A stretch of 64,000 nucleotides of DNA from Okamejei kenojei. Its lineage: Eukaryota. Both the position numbers and the translations under genes were made by a program. Below are positions 26,294-37,960 of this stretch, in pieces (positions within the stretch are counted from its first letter, which is position 1; every line of letters starts with the position of its first letter). The notes beneath the pieces were generated by a model. That model had not been told where the DNA came from. It did no database searches and saw only the letters and a list, made by a program, of their open reading frames with translations. The stretch lies in contig CM069133.1 in the NCBI GenBank assembly GCA_035221665.1, positions 10,354,001-10,418,000 of the forward strand. The letters run 5' to 3'.

Positions 26294-27287
26294 AACATCA
26301 GCAAAGGATGGGCTATACCTTGTCTTGGGTTAGGCACAGGCACATTAAAAATAATTGAATTTCTATCCTTTTCCTAAATGCCACTTTGCAACCTTGTGAA
26401 GAAATCCAAGTAAGGGCAGTGTTGTTTGCACTATCGTCAATGCTGTTGTAAATCTAACTATTTGGTGCACATAAAGATATAGAAAGCCATTCTATAGTCA
26501 CTAATGCCTTTGTTTTCACATTCCCAGAAAATATTGCTGAGCAATCTTTTCCTGGCTTGCGATCTTGGGCCATGTTGGTGGTTGTACCAGATCATGGGGA
26601 ATGATGGTGGATCCATGCTGAACTGATAGGACTTGCATCACTTCCCTCCACCATAAATGTCACCAAATTCAGGATTTCTGGATAAGTGCAAACGTCTTGA
26701 ACTTGCTGGCAAAGATCCACTAGTGGCAACCTTGCTTTAATCTGTTGATAGACTCTGCATGGAGCCCAGCAATGGAGAAATTGTTCCTCAGTTCTCCACC
26801 AACTATACTGGAGAATATACCATTTCCTGGAACACACTACCAAAGATGGTATGAAAGCAGATATGTTTGTGTGTTTAAGAGACTTTTAGATAGGCACATT
26901 GATATGCAGGGAATGGATAGATATGGATCATGTTCAAGCAGATCAGATTTCAGACATTGTGGGACATAGAGTCTGTTCTATGCTCTACACCGGGTAAATC
27001 AGTGCAGGAATAGCAAACCACCCATTAAAGTAGAAATAAATGGTTGTGCAGGAGAAGGGTGAGATTGAGTAAATTTTAATTTCAAGTACTGTTGGGATTA
27101 GATGACAATTTATTCCAAATTTACATTTGCATCAGGATTGGGAATATTGTTTCCGGTTTTGGTTTCACCTTAGCAAAATATTTGATTGTACACTGTAGTG
27201 ACCTATGTTGCCATAATTCACTATAATTTGTATCCCAGCAGGGTTCCTTAATTTTTATTCAAATTACATGATGTTGACATCAGGATA

Positions 27288-28282
27288 ACATAGACATAGA
27301 AAATAGGTGCAGGAGGAGGCCATTCGGCCCTTCATTGTGATCATGGCTGATCGTCCCCAATCAATAACCCGTGCCTGCATTCTCCCCATTTCCCTTGACT
27401 CCACTAGCCATAGAGCTCTATCGAACTCTCTCTTAAATCCATCCAATGATTTGGCCTCCACTGCCATCTGTGGCAGGGAATTTCACAAATTCACAACTCT
27501 CTGGGTAAAAAAGTTTTTTCTCACCTCAGTCTTAAATGGCCTTCCCTTTATTCTAAGACTGTGGCCCCTGGTCTGGACTCGCTCAACATTGGGACCATTT
27601 TTCCTGCATTTAGCTTGTCCAGTCCTTTTATGATTTTATATGTTTCTATATCGGGCGGCGGCGGCAGCGGTGACCCACCCGGCTCGGCCTCGGAGCTGGG
27701 GCGGCAGGTCGGTGACCTGTTTTTCCGGAGCTCCCGCGGCAACAGCTTCGTCCACTGGACTGGAGGGTGGAAGCTTCGACCACCCAGGGCCGCGGAGTTT
27801 GAACCGGCCCGTTCGCGGAGCTCGGATTCAGCCGCGGGGCCTACCATCGCCCTGCGAGGTCATAACATCGGAGGCCTGGATCGCCTCGGCGCAGAGGGAG
27901 AACAAGGAGGGAAGAGACAGAGATTATAAGACTTTAGCCTTCCATCGCAGTGAGGAGGTGACTGGTGAACTCACTGTGCTGGATGTTAAATTTGTGTTTA
28001 TTGTGAGTTTTTGTTATTTATTATTATATGTATGACTGCAAAAATTTCGTTCAGACCAAAAGGTCTGAATGACAATAAAGGATAATTCAATTCAATTCAA
28101 TTCAGATCCCACCTCATCCTTCTAAACTCCAGTGAATACAAGCCTAGTCTTTTCAATCTTTCCTCATATGACAGTCCCGCCATTCCAGAGATCAATCTCG
28201 TGAACCTACGCTGCACTGCCTCAATCACAAGGATGTCCTTCCTCAAATTAGACTAAAACTGTACACAATACTCCAGTTGTGT
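27288..28282 (-). mobile_element. CR1 LINE 3' portion interrupted by a GC-rich retroposon
   Basis: CR1 sequence gtttctata|...|agatccc is continuous across the insert at 27651-28103. Confidence 0.85.
27651..28103 (+). mobile_element. GC-rich non-autonomous retroposon with 3' stem-loop and (ATTCA)n tail
   Basis: Shares ~230 bp of 3' sequence with 58102-58879; ends TTCAGACC-AAAA-GGTCTGAA, TGACAATAAA, microsatellite. Confidence 0.8.
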
Positions 28283-28439
28283 GAACCTATGCAAACATTT
28301 GTATTATTTAAATAAATCTCTTTCTTATATCTGACCAAAGTTGTTTATTTTATTTAGAAGTATATTTAGATTTACAAGGCTAGCCAAAAAGCAATATCAT
28401 GTAATAAGATGAATAAGCAGCATTCAATTATTCTGGGCT

Positions 28440-28712
28440 GCTCCGTTGACCTGCTTTAGTGCTTCAGACAAATATTAATAATTCCATGATATTTTTCGAA
28501 GAGCAAAGTTGTTCTGCCCAGTATTTCCCTCTAAAACATCAGAAATAGAATAGCTGCTTTCATCGCTGTTGAGGAATCTTGATATGTGCAATATGGCAAC
28601 TGTATTGACTTTTAAGTAACTGCACTTCAAAGTAGTTCATTGTATGTGAATTACTTTGCGATATTTCCAAATAATATGATATGGTGTAAAACAAATGCAA
28701 GTCTTGTTTTAA
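28440..28712 (+). mobile_element. Old Deu-domain SINE fragment
   Basis: ggaatcttgatatgtgcaatatggc...gcacttcaaagtagttcattgtatgtgaa...aaatgcaagtcttg. Confidence 0.55.
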
Positions 28713-30189
28713 AATAGCCAGTTCTTAATGCAGGTTCTATTCAGAGGCAGGTTACAAGCAAACCCAATTGATGATGTCGGGCCTTTGACGCTGCTCTATT
28801 TATGTTCAAAAGTTAAATAATTGAATCTGCTGTTTCTGATTATAAATAGATAATATGATATAATGCTATGAATTGCACTAATTCCAATCTGTAATCATGC
28901 TTAGTAAAAAATAGAGTTTCCTGTGCGGCAAAAATGTTGTATTTTTTGAGAAGTGCATTGTCATACAGTATTGAAAGCATTTGTCAATGGGAGAGAAAAA
29001 AGGACAACAATGTACTGTGTTATCAGAACTAAAGCAAGGGATCGCGATGAAATTTATAGGCAAGAGGGATGTTTTATTTTACAATGTTTAAATGACGAAA
29101 CTGTAGATCAAGTTCTCTGGAGATTAACAGTGGATGTTATTGGAGACATCACAGACTGAGAGCCATCTATGGTTATGTAGCTGTACGATCAGATCCGATT
29201 GGCTGTTGTCAAGTAATCTTCACCAGACAACAGGTGCAAAGTTGCTGACAGGTGTGGATAGCTTGGATAAGTAAAATTGCTGATAGTTAATGATGTAGCC
29301 ACGTGTTAGCGTGTAAAATGCTGAGTGCTGGCAGAACACAAAGCCAACTTGCATGCTTTCAGATCACTTGATGCTGGAGCTAGCCTTCCCCCATGGCCTC
29401 ACACAAATTCCTGGGTTACGAAGTCCAAGCCCTTACTAAAACCTGTGAAAATGGCATCTGCATGATTTAGGAATGTCTCAGAAATGTAATCCAGCCAGTT
29501 GGGAGATGGTATAACAATTCCGAGTTGCATGCCTGGAAGGTATTTATTGGAAAAGTACAGGCTTCTGCTGCGCTCTTGTTTACTGTTGCAATTTTTGTTC
29601 GCTGAGAGATGTAAGAGGATAGTTTTCACAACTGTGTGGTCCAGAATTGTAATTTGTTGTTAAAAGCCATCGATTTGCCATGAAACTAAAATAAAAAAGA
29701 AATGTTATGATTCTTGGAAATTTAAGCTAAGTTACAGAATAAAGAATAATAACGCCACGGTCACATTTAAAACTTCAAGTAGTTTTTCTGCCGACCTAAT
29801 AAAGATCCTCTCATAAACGTGATACTCACAGAATAGAGTTGCAACTAAACTGATGTCAATCCCTGTACAGTTACAGCAAGCATGTTTATCACAGGTCAAG
29901 CAATTTGTTCCGTGGGTCTGCCATGGTAAAAATTACTGCAAAAACATTAGTCAAGGGTTAAATGCAAGATCTGTTGTGATTTTGTTTTATCCTCTGGAGT
30001 TTCTCAATACATTGAACGTGACAAAACTGCAGAGTATTTTAGCCCCATGAAGTAATCTGCATGTCGAGTTGTCCTCCCCACAAAATGAATGGTTACAACG
30101 AAGGAAATTATTGTGTCGCTGGCTATGCATGTGTGCAGATTTTAGAAAAAGTCTAGTTCTTTCACAAATTAATGCTGCTTTCTCTGCAT

Positions 30190-31090
30190 TTAGTAGGACG
30201 TGTCCTGTGTCCCAATGCTATTCATTGACTACAGCTCGGCCTTCAATCGCACACCAAAGAATGAACTAATTCCTAAACTTCTGGATCTCGACTTTGGGGT
30301 CTCCACCTGCAATTGACTTTTGGACTTTGCGATCAGCAGACATCGGTCTGTTAGAATTGATCATAACACTTCCTCCACCCTAACCCGCAACAATGGTGTC
30401 CCATAGGCCTGTACTCAGTCCCTTGCTCTGCTCCCTGAAGACATGACTCTGTGGCCAAGTACAACACTGGCGCAATCTTTATGTTCAACAATGGTACCAC
30501 AGTTGTTGTCCGGAGAAACAACAACGATGAGATGAAGTACAGGAAAGAGATTGAGAACCTAGCCCTTGACATCAGTAAGATGAAAGAGTTATTTGTTGAT
30601 ATAGGAAACCCAGGACTGAACACAACCCTGTCCTCGTCAAAGGACCTGCTGCAAAGATGGTCAGCAGCTTCAGGTTTCTTGGCATCTATAATCACTAATA
30701 ATCTAACCTGGTCCCTTCGCACTGACATAGGATCAAGGAAGCAGACCAGGACATTTACATTCTGAAGCATCTAAGACGATTCAGCATGTCCATGAGGGTT
30801 CTCTCAAACGTCTACATATGCTTATTAAGACAGGATGCAGCTCAGCTTGGTATGGCAACTGAGCAGCTCTCGACTGCCTGAACTAGGAGGGAATAGTGAA
30901 TATAGTCAATTCCATCCCTTCTTTCCATCCAGTCCATCTTCTCGGTGAGTTGCTCCAGGAAGACTATAGGTATCGTCACCATGGCCATTTCCTTCTGAAG
31001 AAGATATAGGAGTTTGACAGCTTGGAAGTCTAGACTTAAGAACAGCGTATTTCCTACTGCGAACCAATTTCTGAACCAATCACCTCTTTC
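30190..31090 (+). mobile_element. Degenerate Rex1/Babar-like LINE RT and 3' fragment
   Basis: Remnants of DYSSAFN, QGCVLSPLL...HDCVAKY and RYRSL...RLKNSxFP motifs, with many frameshifts. Confidence 0.7.
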
Positions 31091-31788
31091 ACCCCCCATT
31101 CCCAGAGATGCTACCATGAACTCTTAATCGTAACTCCACCATTCAGTTATTCGCCATTGTACATTATTATTTTGCACAGCTCAAATTTAACTACATTCTT
31201 GTACAATTCTGCTGTTATGCACGTTGACTTTTTGTTGTATTTATCTTCAATGTATGCTCATTGTTCACAAGAAGTTCACAGAGTAATGAGTATACGTACA
31301 GTGAAGATAAATAGAACCATAAATTTAACAACAAATGCATAACAGCAGCATTTGATTGCAGTCTGGTGTATATGCCAATTACTTAACTAATCTTAAAGCC
31401 AATTTCCTGATTGTATAGAGCAGCAAAAGTTCTATTTTGACAGTTTTATTTCAAACTCTAAATTCCCTTTCATAAATAAAACTACAAATTGCTAGCAATT
31501 GTCCATTATCATTTTTATTTCGTGAGGAAAGTGAGTTTTGCACCTGTTAGCGAGGATTATTGCTGGTCAGCTGGAGGTGTCGGTAGAGGGGTTGTCAGCT
31601 ACATGAATCCTGGTAAACAAGATAAAGGATAGATGATAAATTGAGTGTGCAGCCATCAGTTGGTAACAACTCACAATTACTATTCTTATTGTTCTGTGAT
31701 AAAGCTAATGCCAAATATTAAGTTGCTCATTTTTTATTTGTTGCTGATGCATTTGAAATGATAATGAGTAGGTTAACCTATGATGAGT

Positions 31789-31990
31789 GTACACAAAATG
31801 CTGGAGAAACTCAGCGGGTGCAGCAGAATCTATAGAGCGAAAGAGATAGGCAACATTTCAGGCCAAAACCCTTCTTCAGTGTGAAACGTTGCCTATCTCC
31901 TTCGCTCCATAGATGCTGCTGCACCCGCTGAGGTTCTCCAGCATTTTGTGTGCCCTCGATTTTCCAGCATCTGCAGTTCCTTGTTTAAAA
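31789..31990. mobile_element. Head-to-head pair of Penelope-type repeats forming a ~70-bp-arm palindrome
   Basis: 31791-31860 is the reverse complement of ~31882-31951; the hammerhead-like core sits at the centre on the minus strand. Confidence 0.75.
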
Positions 31991-32014
31991 CCTACGATGT
32001 GCGTTTGTCGGCAC

Positions 32015-32410
32015 TGGGCCTGTACTCGCTGGAGTTTAGAAGAATGAGGGGGACCTGATTGAAACATACAGAATAGTGAAAGGCTTGGATAGAGTGGATG
32101 TGGAGAAGATGTTTCCACTTGTGGGAGAGTCCAGGACTAGAAGTCATAGCCTCAGAATTGAAGGATATTATTTTAGGAAGAAGAGGATGGTGAATCTGTG
32201 GAATTATTTGCCGCAGAAGGCTGTGGAGGCAAAGCCAGTGGATATTTTTAAGGCAGAGATAGACAGATTCTTGATTAGTACAGGTATCAGAGGTTATGGT
32301 GCGAAGGGAGGAGAATGGTGTTAGGAGGGAGAAATAGTTGAGCCATGACTGAATGGCGGAGTAAACTTGATGGACCAAATGGCCTAATTCTACTCCTATC
32401 ACATGACCTG
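32015..32410 (+). mobile_element. CR1 LINE 3' fragment
   Basis: ORF 32076-32324 (KGLDRVDVEKMFPLVGESRTRSHSL). Confidence 0.88.
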
Positions 32411-33119
32411 ATGATAAAAGGAATAGCTGCAATATTCTGAGATTTATGATTAGAATGTGAGTATTTTCTTTTTACCTCATGGCATCCTTCAACACTGACC
32501 CTGTTGGCATTTGCAGAATTATTTATCTATGCCAGTTGGGTCCCACGTTGTGCGCATCTCCACCACCTGCCTTTCCACAAACATCTTGACTTTGTACTAA
32601 ACTCTGGCACACACGCACACGTTGGAAGGAAAGGAAATACGCTGTTGTGTGGGGGACAGCTATGTCCTCTTCCCTCAACCGAATTAATTAGTCCTGAGCA
32701 AAGAGGTTGATCTGCAAACTTTTTAAATTATACTACCTTGTAATTTAGTCAATTATATTCCAAATGCCGACCACATATAAAATTGATTTGGCCCACTGTG
32801 GATTGTATTAACATTTATCTGCTGGTGGAATTGTATCCAACGTGAAAATGAGCTGGATACATCCAGCCACTGTTAATAATAGTGTGTATATGATGGTTTT
32901 AAAAAAAAATTCACATGGACACCTAGAGTCCTTGCAATCTTCCAAAGTCTATTTCCTCCTTTACCCATCATAAATTAGAGATCAAAGGTACTACTTGCAA
33001 TCATTATGGAAACATCTAAGCATAACTAGAAGCTCGTCGCTCTACTTTGTTACTTTTATCTTTAATTTAAGGGATGGTAGACTGACATCTGGAGATATGA
33101 TTTGGTGCCTGATGCCATA

Positions 33120-33455
33120 GACTTAAGTGAAGGGGGAAAGATTGAATCTGAGGGGTAGCTTTTTCATACAAAAATAGCGGAGTCTGGGGATATGGGGAGA
33201 AGGCAGGACCAGGGTACTGATTGGGGATGATCAGCCATGATCACATTGAATGACGGTGCTGGCTCGAAGGGCCGAATGGCCTACTCCTGCACCTATTGTC
33301 TAATGTCTATAAAAGGTGGCGGGTGTGTGGAACGAGCTGCCAGAGGAGATAGTTAAGGCAGGTACTATCGCAACGTTTAAGAAACAATTAGACGGATACA
33401 TGGATAGAACAGGTTCAGAGGGATATGGGCCAAATGCCGGCAGGGTGGGTCTAGT
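33120..33455 (+). mobile_element. Nested CR1 3' fragments
   Basis: A younger CR1 3'UTR (~33180-33310) lies inside an older CR1 fragment (VWNELPEEIV...TFKKQLDGYMD). Confidence 0.75.
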
Positions 33456-33836
33456 AAAGACTGATCTATCTTTAGCGTTACTTATCTTTGTACCATGAGG
33501 AATAGGATTTGCAATAAATGAGGATACATTTCAGCAGCATCATAATGTTCAAATTTATTGATAACTAAAATACAAAATCCAAACTTGCAACATTTGGATC
33601 AACACTTAAAAACTCCAGTGGCTTTCTCATTGTACTACTGTATAGGTGGGTTTAGATGACCCAGGACAATCTGACAGTAACTTTATGGCTGTGGATCTGC
33701 ATTACCCTTATCCTGGCATTGTTTAATGATCACTGTCTGACTCCTCCAGGGAATAATGGATATGTGGATTGCAGACAAAACTCTTCTATTTTGATGCCAC
33801 AGCAGAGGGGGTGGTGAGAGTATCAGATTGCACTTA

Positions 33837-34331
33837 AGGGCCTCTCCCAGCAGCATGCAACTCCATGCGATGAGCGCGACCTAACGTGGTCGCTTGAGCC
33901 GTCCGGCATCGCGGGGCCGGTCCCACTTCGATCGCCGGAATTGTGCGGAGTTTGTCCCGACATCGCGCGGGGCTCCGAAAAACTGACCAAGTTCAAAAAT
34001 TCCGCGCGGCAACGGCTTGTCGGCTCGCAATTGCCTCGACGCATTACACACCGCCTCGACGTCGTGCCTCCGTGACCCTCTCTGTAGGTGCCTCCGTGAC
34101 CCTCTCTGTGTGTGGCTCCATGGCCCTCTGTGTGTGTCCCTCTAAGTCCTGGCAAACTTACCTTTCAGACTTCGCTCCAAGTTCGCCTCACTTCGCGCCG
34201 CGTTGCGCCACTCACCCCACCTCCGCGCGGCCCCCGCTGCCGGTTTGGTCGCGCTCTTCGCGTGCAGGCGCATGCTGTTGGGAACGGTCCTGTACAGGGA
34301 TCACCAGTCGGATGCTGGTAGGACAGGCCCT
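33837..34331. mobile_element. MITE, Harbinger/PIF-like, family B variant
   Basis: AGGGCCTCTCCCAGCAGCAT / ATGCTGGTAGGACAGGCCCT termini, perfect TTA duplication; the left part matches the reverse complement of the right part of 7191-7692. Confidence 0.88.
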
Positions 34332-34559
34332 TTACCTTTGTGGTTTGTGGCTCAGTCACATTGTGCGCATTAGGTGGTCTTTGACTGGATTAAGCACATT
34401 ATTTGCAAGCGGCTTCCTCCATTGAGCTTGATCTCCATCATATCTCTTCCCTTTGCCTAATTGAGTAAGCTTTTCATTATAATCCTTTTGAAGACTTGAC
34501 CTCCATATGAGGTTACAGAGGGGATAGAAAGTTAACGTGGGGTGAATGCAGGCTTACCC

Positions 34560-35055
34560 CGTAACCTTCATTTTCTTTAACCTCCAATAATCTTTTGATC
34601 TCTGACTTGAATCTGAACTCCTGCAGCTATCTAGGGTAGAGAATTTCAAAGATTAAAATCTGGTTAAGAAATTTCTTCTCATTTCAGTCCTTAATCAGTC
34701 GCCTCTTATTTTGAGGCCACAACCCCAGGTTCCAGACACCAGCACCATCCTGACAGTTACCCCATCAAGCCATGTGAGATTATTTGCATGTTTCTTCTGA
34801 CCTTAAGAGAATATAGAACAGTCTAGTTCAACTACCCCTCCTGGAACAACCCTTTCCCCATCCCACCTATCAATCAGTCAATATCGCCACCTCCTTTATT
34901 GTAATTGTTCATAGTTCATATGTTCTAGAAACATAATTGACCATTTGGCCGATCATGTCTACTCTGCCATTCAATCATGGCTGATCTATCTTTCCCTCTC
35001 AACCCCATTCTCCTGCCTTCTCCCCATACCCCTGACACCCTGACTAATCAAGAAT
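34560..35055 (-). mobile_element. CR1 3' fragments
   Basis: Old copy ~34560-34870 and a 3'UTR copy 34910-35055. Confidence 0.65.
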
Positions 35056-37699
35056 TGTAAGCTTTTGTTGATAGGAAAACTGGACCTGTTTAACCAGAGC
35101 TCTACTAAATGAGTAGACCTTTACTTTTGGTACTCACCTTTTTTGGCCTTAAGTTGTGTATTATTATTGCCATACATGCATGTTAACTTTCTTTAATTCG
35201 GGTACATTGGCATCCTTCTCATGTGAACACTAAGGTTTGCAATCTTTTCATGTGGTATGACTTCCTACTTTGGAGATTCTCGCTCCTCTCCAGTGCCATC
35301 CCTGCCACTTCCTATCAGGCGCTTCTGAAGGAAACCTTAATGGGTTTTTATCTACCAGCTCAACCCCATCATAAATAAGCAAATGTCATGGTGGTTAAGC
35401 TCACCAAAAAAGATAAAAATCTGATTTCTATATTTTTCATTGTCTTTGGAAGCTTACCTGCAGAACATACTGATGTAAGACAGTTGAAATTTCACTGACA
35501 ATAGTTTTAGCTATAATTGTCATGGTAATAATTGTAATATTTATTTTGTTTCTCTAGAATACATGCTGTGCTTATGTACATGTGAATGGACACATCTGTG
35601 CAGATGGAAAGTTTTACATCTGCTATGAAATCTGTACAGAATTCCACTTTGTTAACATTACACGCGTTGCATGGTTTGTACCTCTAGTTGATTAAACCAC
35701 AGAAGCAATAAATAATGACGGCAATAGTCAGCGCGAGAGGTTTGCCACATCCCAGCAGCTACTCTTCTTTTCTTATTGTGTAAACCAAATTTCATTCGAC
35801 CTATATCTATATTTGTATTTGCCGCTTCAGCAGTGGTTTGACTGGGAAATCGTTCAACGTTATCATTTTTCTTATGTTTGTAAATAGCCATTTTCATTTG
35901 CAGTTGCCTTGCATTTTCTTTTTTGAATCAGCAGTACAATCTAAGGGTAGTGATCGTTATTTTAAACCTCTGGTTGTGTACGCCATTAAGAAGAATCAAT
36001 CTGAAGAATTTTGTCAAGTTGACAGGTTTTCTACAAAACTCACACAATTTCTACTGCCTATATGATATAAAAACACTCTAGTACCTTTGATGTGGTGGTA
36101 TTGGATGACACTCTACTGCCTCTTTAACTGGAACAGGATATTTCAATTACAGAAATAATTTTTTGGTAGAAACATTCACTGCAATCAAAGAGCAAATATA
36201 ACCTGAAAACATAAAAGCTCAGGCTATAAATTAATTCTTATCATACTGAGGAAAGCAGCATTCTTGATTTAACCAGGAGTAGAATTTTGACCCTTTCACA
36301 ACTTCTTAAGACCATATGGCAACTATGACTCCGAACTAACAAAAAGAAACGTGTGAAATTCTCTCAAGTTATCAATAACAATAACAATGCAATGTTGTTT
36401 TTTAGTCTTGCAGCATCATTGGTTTGAAAAACCAATGGTCATTGCTTCCCTCCAGATCAACTAACTAATGCTGTTTCTCCTGGATCCTCATTCCTTAATG
36501 GGTCAAATCACGCACAAACCATGTTCTTTGCCAGACTGATTATTAAACCTTCTGTGGATATTCAGCTGCATTGTTCCCCCTATAAAACTGATTTCCAATG
36601 ACTTCTGGTCCAGATCTATTTGTCTTTCTGGCTCACGTGGAAATGGAAGAGCAAATCATAGGCACCACAGTAACCACGTGGGAAAAAGCAGAGGCGTTCA
36701 TCATATTTTGGACCCTAAAGTTTACAGGAGCCCACGTTCATACCCATACTTTTCTAAGGATTAATGTTTAAGCAATCTGCATTACTCCAAGATTGTTCTT
36801 ACAGAGATTTGAGGTCTCGGGTACAGTTCACACATGTGGCTAAACTACTTTCTCAATTGAGGTCAAGGTCACAATCTCAACAACTTAGCTTCAGTTCGAT
36901 TGCAGCCAGCTGTTACTGACTGATAGACGCAATCTATTCTGAGCAAGATATTACAAAATGGACAGAAGAAACGTTCCAAGGATGTTTGCACTTGGATTCC
37001 CACCAAATAAGGTGAATCACTGGTCCATGACAAAAAAAAATGGTGGAGCATTCAACATAGTATTACAAACTTTGTTACTTTGCTGGGAACACACATAAGT
37101 CCATGCTAATGGCGGCAGAGTGCACAACATTCCAAATTAACCACTCCTTTGGTCCATCAAGCAACTCCTACTGTATTAGTCATAGACTCTGGTCAAATGA
37201 CATTGGTCAAATCAGCCACCTCAAAAATCCATTAAGCTGGAGTAGAAGAAAGACGTCTTTGACCATGAAGAAAACGAGAGCATCACTTCTCAGGTTTGCT
37301 GAATAAACCTATATTAGGAAGGCTACCTCAGCTCTGTGTCTCTGTACTCAAGAAATCAAAGCTTCAACCTCTTTTCCTCCAGCCGAGATGATGAGGCAAA
37401 TTGGGCAGAACGATTTACTAAGACAGTTTGTTACAAAAATGAAAAAAATTGTATCAGAATATTTATACAGCTGAGTGAGTTTAATTTTATGGATGGGAAT
37501 TGTCCATAAGTTCAACCAATTGCTGACTGCTTTGACAAAGTAACTAGCATGTTAGATAACAAGAAAGACAATGGATGTAGCAAATTTTGTTATCCATGAT
37601 TTGGTCTGTGAAGTGACCCATAAAGGATTACTGCATTAGATAAGCACCTGTGGACTTGAACGCAATGGGTTAAGTCCAGGGGGTCCGATATGGGGCTTT

Positions 37700-37960
37700 A
37701 TGTGTGGGCCAGATATATTGTCAGTGCAGAGGGGCTTGGAGCAAGGCCAAGTTTGCATCCAGAGTCAAGGTCTGGAATAGTACTAGGTGTGCAGTCAAAG
37801 CTGGGACCAGGGGTGTGTTCAGCGCAGGGGAAGCCGCTATGATCAGGGTAGAATAGGGGGCCAGGTGTAAGGCTGGACTCGGGGACAGGAATGAGAGAAG
37901 GTATGCAACTGGAGTCAGGGCCAGGAGTAGTACCAGGTGTGCAGTGAGACCCAGGTTGGT
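37700..37960. repeat. Degenerate ~36-bp minisatellite
   Basis: Recurring ggagtcagggccaggagtagtaccaggtgtgca-like units; the minus-strand translation shows 12-aa periodicity. Confidence 0.55.

Noticed and set aside
26043-26358. ORFs of 94-98 aa
   Set aside because: Almost entirely Ns.
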